Source of the DNA: the human T2T-CHM13v2.0 reference genome, Homo sapiens
Direction of reading: 5' to 3'
DNA length: 64,000 nt
NCBI GenBank assembly: GCA_009914755.4
Contig: CP068257.2
Coordinates: 21,408,001-21,472,000, forward strand
The translations under genes were made by a program, and so were the position numbers. The notes under the pieces are model-generated. The model did no database searches. It saw only the letters and a program-made list of their open reading frames with translations, and was not told the origin of the DNA. Below, one piece after another: positions 17,367-30,356 of the stretch. Within the stretch, counting starts at the first letter, position 1; every line of letters begins with the position of its first letter.

Positions 17367-17594
17367 TCAGTCAAGAAGAAAAGATAATCTGTAAAGTTCT
17401 ATATATATGGGAAAAATTGGATTTTTAAGTTAAATATCTTACCACAAAAGTGAAACCTGAAACCCAAAAAGCATTAATGACAAACTGTACCAAATACTTA
17501 AGGAAATAAAGAGTACCAATTCTATATGGACATTTCCAGAAAACAGAAAAAGAGGCAAGAATTATAATCTGTTGTAAAACCAGGATTACTGTGA

Positions 17595-17945
<351 letters not shown>

Positions 17946-18069
17946 ATAAATGCATTTTTTTAAATTAAAAAAAACTAAATCCAGCAATATGTAAATATGG
18001 CAATGCATTTTCACCAAGTTACATATATAAGAAGCAGCTACTATGCGTAAGGCTGAGATAAAACACCAT

Positions 18070-18830
18070 GAAAGACCACCTCTTTACTCCTAGAGGTGAA
18101 ATCTGGACTTTTTTGGATAGGGCACTGCCATGGATCACTGGAAGGCATGGAGATCTCTTTGGCAACGCACTTCAGGAACTTGCTAGAAATCCACCCTCTC
18201 TGATGCTAGTGAAATTTGGTCATGGGATCAGGTCTCCTCAGAGGTTCTCAGCTGCAAAACCCCACAGCAGAGATATCACCTATCAGCAGGTGATAGGAGA
18301 TGGGTCCTTCTGGTCACCAAGCACTGCAAAACTCTAATGCAAGGGGAGCTGCATATGCTGCAAAAGCATGGTTCTGGAAATACCATCTGTGTTATAGAAC
18401 CTGGGCATTAGAGAAACTGCACATGCTAGGGTCTTGGTGCTAGAAACTCACTATTTTTGCCGCAGGACTCTAGCGTGAGAGAATCTGTACATTCTATATA
18501 GCTTGGTACTGGAAATGTCATCCATACTAAGGTACCCTGGCACAAGAGAAGATGTACATGCTCTAGAACGTTGGTTTTGGAAATGGAAACCTTGCTACTA
18601 CTGGAATTTAGTGCAGTAGAAACTGCATATGTTATAGAAACTTTTCCACAATAAAAGATGTAATTCAGGATCTTGGTGCAAGAGTTACTGTGTATGTTGC
18701 AGAAACCTGGTGCTGGAGAAATTGCCTATGTGCAGTTGCTGAGATCTGATGATCCATTATATATCGCAAGTGCTCAGTGGAAGAAATTAACTATACAATA
18801 GGAGATGGGTGCTGGCACACACTGGAACCT
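18070..18830. repeat. Degenerate tandem array, ~68-bp period (two ~34-bp half-units), ~11 copies; beta-satellite (Sau3A/BSR)-like
   Basis: Successive units begin at ~18351, 18419, 18487, 18554, 18625, 18690, 18726. Each reads g[ct]a[ct]at[gt]ct…[ct]tggt.ctggaaat… followed by …tagag/gagagaaact/gaatct. Upstream units (18070-18350) carry the same motifs with scattered GATC sites. ORF 18068..18337 lies inside it. Confidence 0.55.
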
Positions 18831-19705
18831 TCATGTCCTCATTCAATGTCCACCAGTGCTTTTTACTAACAAAGATTAACATCTTAACCACCTTAACAGC
18901 TGGCAAATAGAAAATATTTAAATTGCTGTGATACACTCTCACAGAGAAGAAATGAAAGATGAATATGAGATGGAAGGCAAAATATTGAAAACGGCAATAC
19001 TAGTAGAGAACAACTGCGACAGAACAAAATTAAAATTGCATTTATAAAAAATAAGAAATTTGTGGGAAAAATTTGCTTACAGTCTGAGCAAGTCTTTTAG
19101 CTATAAGTTTAAAGTATTTTTAGATCAACTGCAAAAGGCATAAATAAATTAAAAATACAGTGTTTTCGTGGATTGGGATAGAAATATGTTTAAGCTGTAA
19201 TTCTTTCCAAATTTACCTATGAACACAATACAATCACCCAAAATCATAATATGATTTTGTACAAGTTGTCAAGCTGGTTATTTACAAAAAAAAAAGTAAG
19301 TGGCTCAGCATAGCAAAATAATTTTGAAGTAAACATAACAAAATTGCAGGATTTACGTCATCTGAATGTATAATTTCTTATAAAGTTACAATTAAGGTAG
19401 TGCAGTGCTGGTAAAGAATGGACAAATTGGTCTTTGGAGCAGAAAAGACAGTGCAGAATTAATAATAAACAAACATACAGATAAATAAAATTCTGATATT
19501 AGATTTCACTGAAATTATTATTTTAAATACTGCTAAGAAAAGTAATGACAAGCCACAGACTAGAAGAAAATAATTGCAATACATGTATCTTATGGAGAAC
19601 TTTTATTTAGAATATAAAAAGAGTTCTTAAAACTCAATAATAAGAAGGCACAAGACACTAGTAAAAGGCAAAAAAAATGAATCTTTAAAAATCAATTGGC
19701 AGTTT

Positions 19706-20611
19706 AATGGGAACAACATTGAATCTGTAAATTACTTTGGGCAGTGTGGCCATTTTCACGATACTGATTCTTCCTATTCATGAGCATGGAAAGTTTTTCC
19801 GTTTAGTTTGTGTCCTCTCTGATTTCCTTGAGCAGTGGTTTTTAGTTCTTGAAGAGGTCCTTTACTTCCCTTGTTAACTGTATTCCCAGGTATTTTATTC
19901 TCTTTGTAGCAATTGTGAACGGAAGTTCATCAATGATTTGGCTCTCTGCTTGTCTGTTGTTGGTGTGTAGGAATGCTTGTGATTTTTGCACATTGATTTT
20001 GTATCCTGAGACTTTGCTAAAGATGCTTGTCAGCTTAAGAAGCTTTTGAGCTGAGATGATGGGGTTTCCTAGATATAGGATCATGTCATCTGCAGACAAA
20101 GACAATTTGACTTTCTCTCTTTCTATTTAAATATCCTTTATTTCCTTCTCTTGTCTGATTGCCCTGGATGGAACTTCCAATACTATGTTGAATAGGATTG
20201 GTGAGAGTGGGCATTCTTGTCTTGTGCCAGTTTTCAAGGGGACTGTGTCCAATTTTTGCCCATTCAGTCTGATATTGGCTGTGGGTTTGTTATTATTTTA
20301 AGGTATGTTCCTTTTCAATACCTAGTTTATTGAGAGTTTTTAATATGAAACAATGTTGAATCTTATTGAAGGTCTTTTCTCCATCTATTGAGATGATCAT
20401 TTGGTTTTTGTCTAGTTCTGTTTATGTGACGAATTACGTTTATTGATTTGTGTACGTTGAATCAGCCTTGCATCTTGGGAATGAAGCTGACTTGATCATG
20501 GTGGATAAGTTTTTGATGTGCTGCTGGATTCAACTTGCCAGTATTTTATTGAGGATTTTTACATCTATGTTCATCAGGTATATTGACCTGAAGTTTTCTT
20601 TTTTCTTTCCT

Positions 20612-20671
<60 letters not shown>

Positions 20672-20710
20672 TTTTTTTTTTTGTATCTCTGCCAGGTTTT
20701 GGTATCAGGA
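19706..20710 (-). mobile_element. LINE-1 (L1P-like) ORF2 RT-region segment, inverted arm of a twin-primed insertion
   Basis: Antisense match to L1 ORF2: minus ORF 19842..20105 translates …[22 protein letters not shown]…[14 protein letters not shown]…[23 protein letters not shown] (RT YxDD region). 19706-19842 continues …KPLLKEI…NLQIQ (RFNAIP region). Upstream end reads …PISLMNIDVKILNKILAS. Confidence 0.85.
20597..20692. repeat. (TTTC)n microsatellite (~22 units) plus T13, embedded in the inverted L1 arm
   Basis: ctttctttctttc… perfect repeats. The position corresponds to the A-rich stretch (…accaaaaaagagaattt…) of L1 ORF2; the antisense ORF 20530..20724 reads as (KKER)n. Confidence 0.95.
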
Positions 20711-22555
20711 AGATATAGAACCAAAAAAGAGCCTATGTAACCAAGACAATCGTAAGCAAAAAGAACAAAGCTGGAGGCATTAGGCTACCCAACTTCAAAC
20801 TATACTACAAGGCTACAGTAACCAAAACAGTATGGCACTGGTACAAAAACAGACACATAGACCAATGGAGCAGAATAGAGAACTCAGAAATAAGACCACA
20901 CATCTACAACCATCTGCTCTTCAACAAACCTGACAAAAACAAGCAGTGGGGAAAGTGTTCCCTGTTTAATAAATGGTGCTGGGAGAACTGGCTAGCCATA
21001 GGCAGAAAATTAAAACTGGACCCCTTCCTTACATCTTATACAAAAATTAACTCAAGATACATTAAAGACTTAAATGTAAAACTCAAAACTATAAAAACCC
21101 TAGAGGAAAATTTAGGCAATACCATTCAAGACATAGGCATGAGCCAAGACTTCATGAAAAAGACATCAAAAGCAATTGCAACAAAAGCAAAAATTGACAA
21201 ATGGGGTCTAATTAAACTAAAGAGCTTCTGTACAGCAAAATAAATTGTCATCAGAACAAACAGACAACCTACAGTATGAGAGAAAGTTTTGGCAATCTAT
21301 CCATCTGACGAAAGTTTAATATCCAGAGACTACAAGGAACATAAATAAATTTGCAAGAATAAAACAAATAACCCCATTAAAAGTGGGTGAAGGACATGAA
21401 CAGACATTTTTCCTAAGAAGACATTTATGTGGCCAACAAACATGATAAAAAGCTCGACATCACTGATCGCTAGAGAAATACAAATCAAAACCACAATGAG
21501 ATATCATCTCATGCCAGTCAGAATGGTTATTATTAAAAAGTCAAGAAACAACAGATGGTAGTGAGGTTGTGGAGAAACAGGAACACTTTTACACTGTTGG
21601 TGGGAATGTAAAGTAGTTCAACCATTGTGGAAGACAGTGTGTGATTCCTCAAAGACCTAGAACCAGAAATACCATTTGATCCAGCAATCCAATTACTTAG
21701 TATATGCCCAAAAGACTATAAATCATACAACTATAAAGATACATGCACATATATGTTCATTGCATCACTATTCACAATAGGAAAGTCATGGAATCAACCC
21801 AAAAGCCTATTAATGATTGACTGGATAAAGAAAATATGGTACATATACACCATATAATACTATGCAGCCATAAAAACGAAAAAGATCATGTTCTTTGCAG
21901 AGACATGGGTAAAGCTGGAAGCCATTGTCCTCAGCAAACTAACACAGGAACAGAAAACCAGACACCACATATTCTTACTTATAAGTGGGAGCTGTACAAT
22001 AAGAACATACAGACACAGGGAGTGGAACAACATACATTGGGGCCTGTCACTTGGGTTAGGGGAAGAGAGAGCATCAGAAAAAATAGCTAATACATGCTGG
22101 GCTTAATACCTAGATGGGCCGGGCACGGTGGCTCACGCCTGTTATCCCAACACTTTGGGAGGCTGAGGCGGGAGGAGCACGAGGTCAGGAGATCAAGACC
22201 ATCCTGGCTAACACGGTGAAACCCCGTCCAAAAAATTAGCCAGGCGTGGTGGGTGCCTGTAGTCCCAGCTACTCAGGAGGCTGAGGCAAGAGAATGGCGT
22301 GAACCCAGAAGGCGGAGTTTGCAGTGAGCCGAGATCGCGCCACTCCACTCCAGCCTGAGCGACAGAGCGAGACTCTGTCTCAAAAAAAAAAAACAAAAAA
22401 AAACCTAGATGATCAGTTGATAGGTGCAGCCAATCACCATGGCACACATTCACCTATGTAAAAAACCTACACATCTTGTACATGTATCCTGGAACTTAAA
22501 ATAAAATAAAATAAAAATAAAATTAATAAATTAAATTATTATTAATTAAATTATT
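20711..22555 (+). mobile_element. LINE-1 (L1P-like) ORF2 C-terminal half + 3'UTR + A-rich tail, direct arm of the same insertion (interrupted by a nested AluY)
   Basis: Sense match from ORF2 …[37 protein letters not shown]…[20 protein letters not shown]… through …cacctatgtaaaaaacctacacatcttgtacatgtatcctggaacttaaaataaaataaaa. The 11-bp direct repeat AAATCAATTGG sits at 19689-19699 and 22556-22566. Confidence 0.85.
22117..22402 (+). mobile_element. AluY nested in the L1 3'UTR, with TSD
   Basis: gccgggcacggtggctcacgcctgttatcccaacactttgggaggctgaggcgggag… to poly-A. 9-bp direct repeat ACCTAGATG at 22108-22116 and 22403-22411. The L1 3'UTR is contiguous across the insertion. Confidence 0.95.
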
Positions 22556-22566
22556 AAATCAATTGG

Positions 22567-22838
22567 GACTTGGAGGCAAAGACGGGAGGATTGTTTTCAG
22601 GAGTTTGAAACCAGCCTGGGGAACATGGCAGGACCTCGTTTCTACAAAACACAAAATGGTAGCTGTGTGTGGTGATGCATGCCTGTCGTCCCAACTACTT
22701 TGAAGGCTGAGGTGGGAGGATTGCTTGAGCTTAGAGGATTAAGACTGCAGTAAGCAATGATTGCACCACTGTACTCCAGCCTGACAACAAAGCAAGACTC
22801 TGTCTCAAAAATAAAGAAATACATAAAATAAAATAAAG
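22567..22838 (+). mobile_element. Older Alu (AluJ-like), 5'-truncated
   Basis: …ggaggcaaagacgggaggattgttttcaggagtttgaaaccagcctggggaacatggcaggacctcgtttctacaaaa…gcaccactgtactccagcctgacaacaaagcaagactctgtctcaaaaataaag. Confidence 0.75.
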
Positions 22839-25809
22839 TTGTAATATAGTAATACAATTAAATCCTACTCTACGATAAAAAGAAGAAATAACTGTTGCAC
22901 TTAACAGTATGGATTAATTTTAGTAGCATATGTTGAATGAAATAAGCCAAACATTATTTATATGAAATTTGAAAAGACCAAAACTAGACCAAAGAACCCC
23001 TTACATTGGAGACCAAAGAACAAAAAGCAAAGGAGTTATTGCTTGGGCCTAGGATGGAGGGACTGACTTTATTTGGCAGGTGGAAACCTTTCGAGATAAC
23101 ATTACTTGGGTGCTAATATTGAATCATACACTTAAATGATGTGTAGCTATAAAGATTATTAACAACAAAAAAAAACACTTCCTCTGTCTTATGATGAAGA
23201 TTCCTTTACTTCTCAAAATGCCCTTCATGCATTGCTCAGTCAATCATCAACGTAGAGTGCCCTTTGTTTATCCTCTGTCAGGGAAGGAGCTTTGTACTGT
23301 TAGATATATTTTAATTCCTTTAAAATTAGAGCTGTGTTTTTCTCAGTTAGGGTTTACTATAAGGTCTTAACTAGCAAATATGAACATTAGTTATTCCAGG
23401 AGAAAACAACAAAGATAAAAAAGAAACAATCTAAAGAATTTAGATATAAAATTTTAATTTTTCATTAATAGTAGCAAAATAAAAGAAACCCTAAGTAGAA
23501 TTCAGTACACTACATGATAAAAAGGTAGACCTTATTTAATGAAAATTAAAGTGTCAATGTTTAAAATTACTTTTGTTCAATTTCATTTTTCTTAATAATA
23601 AAATGTAGACCTTGGATAGAACCATTATGGTGTGCTCTTCACATATGAGAAAATCAATATGCCTTCAAACAAGAGCACATCTAAACTATTTTCTATTAAT
23701 AATTTTTTACATTTTCATTAGAGAGTTCCAGTAAAAACCCGAGTTTATAATTATCATTTTGCTTGTCATCATCTATCTTTGAATAATACTATTTAGTTTG
23801 AAAGGTTAATTGGCTATGAGCCATCTATGATATAATGAATAATTTCAATCACCTGACTTGTATGCTACACTTAGTTTTCTGAAATATATTATCTTTCACT
23901 TCTGTCAGTTTGCATAGTTCTAATTCTTTAATAATCCACTGACCAGAAACAGATATGTTAACTTTAAAACACATGGCCCTAACACTGTTTTAAAAATATG
24001 TTCATACATTGATAAGTCAAGCTTTCTATAATATGTTGAAATATTTAAATACATATCTTAGTCAGACACTTTTGTGTTTGTTATAATTCTTAAAAGAATA
24101 AAATGTTTTTATACTTTATTGAGGAGGTAAATGCTAAGTATCTGAGACATTCAATTATTTATAAGAACTCATTCTCAGAGACACAAAAATGCTATCAAGC
24201 TTAAATTTCTGGAACTAGTAAATGTTTCTATGCTTTATGAAAATTTTATGGATTAATGACTGGAGAGAATGCTAAGATCCTCATGAAATTGTAGAACTGG
24301 GAAGGAGGACTAGTGCTATTATAGAAATTCTCTAAGTAAAATAATTTGTTCCTTGAGTTGACAGGAAGTTTAGTGGGAAAAAGTGGAAAGAGTTAAAGTA
24401 GGCCCAATCAAATACGAAAATTTAATGCATGAAAAGGTAGTGCTATTTATTGATATCTTAATAAACAGCATTGACACAAAAGGATAGCCATTAGCAGTAC
24501 AATAAAATTAGATCCATAACACATTCCAAACACAAGAGTGAATGTCAAAATGATCAGCCATATAAACATAAAAAAATGAAATAATAAAATACTGGAAAAT
24601 ACTTAAGTGAATTCCTTCATACTCTGGGTATAATAATATTAAACTATGCTTCAAAAACTGGGTGCAGAAAAGATAAATTTGATTAATTCAGTAATATTGC
24701 CAAAAACTTTTACATGCAAAATAACAAAATCCTAAGTAACTTCAAGAGTAAAATGAGAAACTGAAAAAAAGTATATCATAAAGGATTTATGCCATTAAAT
24801 AACATTGTTATTTAATCACCTCCCACCCAGTAGCAGAATTAGTAGATTTTATGATAGTTTTATTTTTAATTTTTTGAGGATTGCATTTCTAAGTAGCTTT
24901 TAAAAATTACTGGAAAAACGGAATGAAAATCCAGGAGAAAAAATATGCAAAAGGTATGAACAGATAATATTAAAGTAATATAAACATTGCCTTACACATG
25001 TGCAAGACGTCCAGTTTCATGCAATAAGAGATTTACAAGTTAAACCTAGATTGAAACATTTTTCTCACCTATTAAAATTACAAAAATTCAAAATTTTGAT
25101 AGAATACTGTGCTGGTAAAACCATGCCAAATAGCCACTCATATATGGCCAAAGGGAAGGAGGAATGGTAGAATTTCTATGGCTGGAAATATGGCACTAAG
25201 CAGAGAAACTGATGCAGTAAGCCCACTACTAAGAAATTCCTTGAAATTACACACCTAAAACAATATGAAAATAATCACAGTTATTAATTGTAGCATCAAC
25301 TATAAGGTCACACTATTGGAAGTAATCTTAATGCTCACACATAAAAATAGCTAAATAAACTAAGGTATAGCCACACAATTTTTTACAATGCAGAGATTTA
25401 AAAAAAGGAAAAATGTCTCTATCAACTGCTAAGGAATGATAGCAAGGATATATATTGTTAAGTAACAAAGAGGAAAGTGTAAAGTAGTGTAAATAGTGTG
25501 TTGCCATTTATAGTAAATACCTTGGCAAAAATAAGCAAAGAAATGATAAAGCAAATGTTATAAATCTGGTTACCTAAAGAGAATGATTGATAAATGTAAG
25601 AAATAATGGGAAAGGGTTTTTAATTTTGAAATTATGTTACCAATTTATATATTTCAGTAGATATAAATGTTAAGAAATGAAAAAGAAAATTCGAAACAAT
25701 GCAAAAACAAAATATATTAAATTGATAACATAAATACATTGAAGAAAAAAATAATACAAGTAACTTTGACATGTATTTGAATCCAAAGACAAAAAGAAAC
25801 TTAGATATT

Positions 25810-26290
25810 TTGAAAAGGAAATTTGTTTGCTCTCATATGTTTGTTGCACCACTGTTTACAGTAGGTAAGATTTGGAAGCACTCTAGGTGTCCATAAACAG
25901 GTGAATGGATAAAGAAAATGTAAACATCCACAATGGAGTACCACTCAGCCATAAAAAAAGAATGAGATCCAGTCATTTGCAACAACATGGATGGAACTGG
26001 AGATCATAATGTAAGTGAAATAGGCACAGAAAGACAAACAATGCATGTTCTCATTTATTTGTGGGATCTAAAAATCAGAACAATTGAACTAATGGACACA
26101 GAGAGAGGATGGTTACCAGAGGCTGGGAAGGGTAGTGGAAGATTGGGAGGGGAGATGAAGATGGTTAATGGGTGCAAAAAATAAGAAATAAAAAAGAATG
26201 AATAAGATCTACCATTTGATAGCACAATAAGGTGACTATCATCAATAATAACTTAATTGTATATTTTTAAATAACTTAAATAATGTAATT
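25810..26290 (+). mobile_element. Old LINE-1 (L1M/L1PB-type) 3'-end fragment
   Basis: …gtgtccataaacaggtgaatggataaagaaaatgtaaacatccacaatggagtaccactcagccataaaaaaagaatgagatccagtcatttgcaacaacatggatggaactggag…gaggatggttaccagaggctgggaagggtag…tgatagcacaataaggtgactatcatcaataataacttaattgtatattttt. Confidence 0.7.
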
Positions 26291-26779
26291 GGATTATTTG
26301 TAATTCAAAGTATAAATGCTTGAGGGAATGGATACCCCATTCTCTCATTCTCTATGATGTGCTTATTTCACATAGCATGCCTATATCAAAACATCTCATA
26401 TACCCCATAAATATATATACCTAATATGTATCCACACAAAATTAAAAAAGAAATAAATTTTGATATTTTCTTTAAATATATTTAATTAACCAATAAAGAT
26501 CATATATATTCTGATTACTCAGTGTGATAATTTAATATATACAATATTGAGTAATAATTATCAAAACAAATAGGGGCCTGCCTCTTAAAAAGAAAGATAT
26601 TTTGAACCCAACTTCATAGGTTTGTTGTTCATAGTGCAGTTGGTATAACACTTTTGAAAATATATTAAACAAAGGGTAAGTATATTAATATATTTGAGAA
26701 TTCTCACTGTGGGAAATGGAGAATACATGTATGTAATGGCATAAGTTTAGATGGATATTAGAAGTAGCAGAATAAACCC

Positions 26780-29700
26780 ATAATTTTTATTTTAGAGCTT
26801 TATTGAGATATAATGCATATACTCTTCACCCACTTAGGATGTGCAATACAATGAAGTGTTCTCAGAGTTGTGCCTCCATCATCACAATCAAGTTTAGAAC
26901 ATTTTCATTAGCCCCAAAAGAAACTCCATAACCAATAATGGTTATTCCTTATTTCTCTAACTCCTCCACCGCCAGTTCTCCTCTCCCCAACCTTCCTGGC
27001 CTTATACAATCACTTGTCTACATTTTTTCTCTATATGTTTGCATATCTAAACATTTAAACAATTATTATATCTAACTTTAATTGTATATCCTTTGACCAA
27101 GATCACCCAATCCCTCTCCTCCTACTTAGCTCAGCCTCTGGTAACCACTACTCAACTCTCTGCTTCTACGAGTTCCACTTTTTAGATTCCACATATGTGA
27201 GATCATGTGGTATTTCTGTCCTGGCTTATTTCTCTTAGCATGAAATCATCCAGGTTCATTGATGTTGTCACAAATGGTGGGATTTTGTTCCTGTTTGTGA
27301 CCGAATACTCTTCCATTATGTAAATATACCACATTTTCTTTAGTGATTCTTCTGCTAATAGACACTTAGGTTGATTTCATGTCTTGGTTATTGTGAATAA
27401 TGCTGCAATGAATGTGGAAATGCAGGCATCCCTTCTATATACTGATGTAATTTTCCTTGGATTTATATGCAGTACTGAGGGAGTGGATTGTATGGTAGTT
27501 CTATTTTTACATTTTCTGAGGAAACTCCATGCTGTTTTCCCTAATAGCACTAATTTATATTCCCACTAACAGTGACAATTTTGGCACATTATTTACAATA
27601 TTTATCTTCTGCCTTTTTGATAATAGTAATCCTAGTAGAAATTAGGTAATATTTCATTTTGGTTTTGATTTTCCATATCCTAATGATTATGATGTTGAGC
27701 ATATTTTAATATACAGGTTGGCCATTTGTATGTTTTCATTTGAAACGTATCTATTCAAGTCTTTTAGCCATTTTTAAAAGGGTTATTTGTTTTCTTGCTA
27801 TTAAGTTCCTTATATATTTTGAATATTAACTCCTTATCAGATGTATATTTTGCAAATTTTTTTCCATTTTGTAGATTGCCTCTTCACTGCTGTACAGAAG
27901 CTTTTTTCACTTTAAATAGTATAATTTGTCTAATTTTTACTTTTGAGGTTTTAAATAGAAAATCCTTGACCAGCCCACACGAATGTCGTGGAGCTTTTCC
28001 CTAGTAGCTTTCACAGTTTGGGATCTTACATTTAAATATGTAATCCATTTTCAGTTGATTTTTGAATATGGTGAGACATAGAGAGTCTTGTTTATTCTTC
28101 TGCATGTGAATATCCAGTTTTCACAGCACCATTTTTTGAGGAGGCTATCTTTTTCTCATTGGGTGTTCTTGCCAGATTTATTGAAAATCAGTTGGCTATA
28201 AATGCACATATTTATTTTTGGGCTCTCTGTTCTGTTCCATTGGTCTATGTGTCTGCTTTTATGCTACTACCATAATGTTTTGGTTACTATATCTTTATAG
28301 ATAATTTTAAAGTCAGGTACTGTTATGATTTCAGCTTTGGCTATTTGGGGTTCTTTTGTGATTTGATACTAATTTTAGGATTTTTTTTTCAATTTATGTG
28401 AAGAATGCCATTGGTGTTTTCATGAGCATTGCATTAAATCTGTAGATCACTTTGGGTACACTTTAACAATGTTCATTCTTCTATTTAATGAAAATGAAAA
28501 ATCTATATATTTATGTTTTCTTCAATTTATTTAATCAATGATTTATAGTTTTCAGTGTAAGATCCTTCACCTCCTTGGTTAAAGTTTTTTCTAGGGTTTT
28601 TTTTCTAAATAGCTGTTGTAAATGAAATTGTCTTCTTGAATTCTTTTTTTCAGATAGTTTACTATTAGTATATAGAAATGTAACTGATTTTTTGTGTGTT
28701 GATTTTGTATCTTGCAACTTTACTGGATTTATATATTAATTCTAACTGTTTTCTGGTGTAATCCATAGAGTTTTTTATATGTAACATCATGTCATCTGCA
28801 AACAGATAATTTACCTTTTTAATTTCTCTTTCAATCCCTTTTATTTCTTTCTTCTGTCTAATTGCTCTGGCTAGGACTTCTAGTACTATGTTGAATAGAA
28901 GTGATGAAAGTGGACATCCTTGTCTTGTGCTAGATTTTAGAGGAAAAGCTTTCAACTTTTCTCTGTTCCGTATGGTGTTATTTCTAAGTTTGTCATATAT
29001 GGGTTTTATTGTGTTGAGGTACATTTCTTCTGTAACTAATTGTTGAGAGTTTCTTTTATTTTCATGAAGGGATGTTAAATTTTGTAAAATGTTTTTCTGT
29101 ATGTATAAAATGTTTTTCTGTATGTATAAATCATATTTCTAGCCTATTTTATTTATTTCATTCTGATCTTTATTATTTCCTTTCTTCTAGTAATTCGGGA
29201 TATAATTTGTTCTTGTTTTTTTTTTTGGTTCTCTGAGATGTGAATTTTGTCCTTCATTCTATTAATGTGGTGTATTATGCTTATTGATTTGCATATGTTG
29301 AACTATCCTTGCATCCCTGGGATGAATCTTACTTGATCATGGTGAATGAATGTTTTAATTTGCTGTTGAATTGGGTTTGCTAGTATTTGGTTGAATATGC
29401 TTGTATTATTCATGTTCAGCAGGAATATTAGCTTGCAGTCTTTACTGTTGTGGCTGTGTTCCTTGTCTGGTTTTGGTATTAGGGTAATTCTGGAATCATA
29501 GAATGAGTTTGAAAGTATTTAATCCTCTTAAATTTTTTGGAATAGTTTGAGAAAAAATAGTATTAATTGTTTTTAAAAATATTTGGTATAATTCAGCAAT
29601 GAAGATAACACTATTAGTTTTTTTGCGTTTTTTTTGTTTGTTTGCTTGTTTGTTTTTTGTATGGGAGTTTTTTAACTACTTATTAAATTTCCCTACTTGT

Positions 29701-30350
29701 TACTGGTCTGTTCAGATTTTCTGTTTCTTCCTAATTGAATTTTGGTAGGTTACATGTTTCAAGGAACTTATCCATTTTTTTAGGTAATTCATTTGTTGGT
29801 GTATAATTTGTTCATGATAGTCTCATAATCATTTCTATTCCTTTGGTATCAATTGTAATGTATTATTTTCTTCTGTTATTTTATTTATTAGAGTTTTCTC
29901 TGTTTTTCTTTAGCTAAAAGTTTATTAATTTTGTTTATCTTTTTAAATACTAACTCTTCATTTTGTTGATATTTTGTATCATATTTCTAGCCCATTTTCT
30001 TTCTTTCTTTCTGACTCTTACCATTTCCTTTCTTCTATTAATTTGAGGTATAGTTTGTTCTTGTTTTTTCAGTTCTCTGAGATGCAATGCTTGTTTATTC
30101 AAGATCTTTTTTTTCTTTTTGGTTGCTGGAATTTATTGCTATGAATTTCCCTCTTAGGACTGTTTTTGCCATATTCCGTAGGTTTTGATATGTTGTATTT
30201 ACATTTTGTTTCCAAACATTTTTTGAATTTTCCTTTTAATTTCTTCAGTAATATAGTGGTTATTCAGGATTACATCATTTCATTTCTATATATTTGTGAA
30301 GTTTCTGAAATTCCCCTCATTATTGATTTCTAGTTTTTTAAACTCCTTTA
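26780..30350 (-). mobile_element. LINE-1 (L1M / old L1P), ~3.5 kb, 5'-truncated, internally rearranged
   Basis: Antisense L1 3'UTR and ORF2 motifs run throughout: …cctctggtaaccactactcaactctctgcttctacgagttccactttttagattccacatatgtgagatcatgtggtattt…, …cccactaacagtgacaa…, …gtcttttagccatttttaaaagggttatttgttttc…, …catcatgtcatctgcaaacagataatttacc…. Short internal duplications near 29100-29135 and 29150-29300 / 29990-30110. Confidence 0.8.
28665..29024 (-). mobile_element. L1 ORF2 reverse-transcriptase domain remnant within the L1 above
   Basis: ORF translation …[59 protein letters not shown]… carries the RT motifs (FADD). Confidence 0.8.
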
Positions 30351-30356
30351 AATTTA

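Noticed and set aside
18068-18337. ORF 18068..18337 (89 aa)
   Set aside because: Lies within the tandem-repeat array. Low-complexity, no start/stop context and no homology I recognise.
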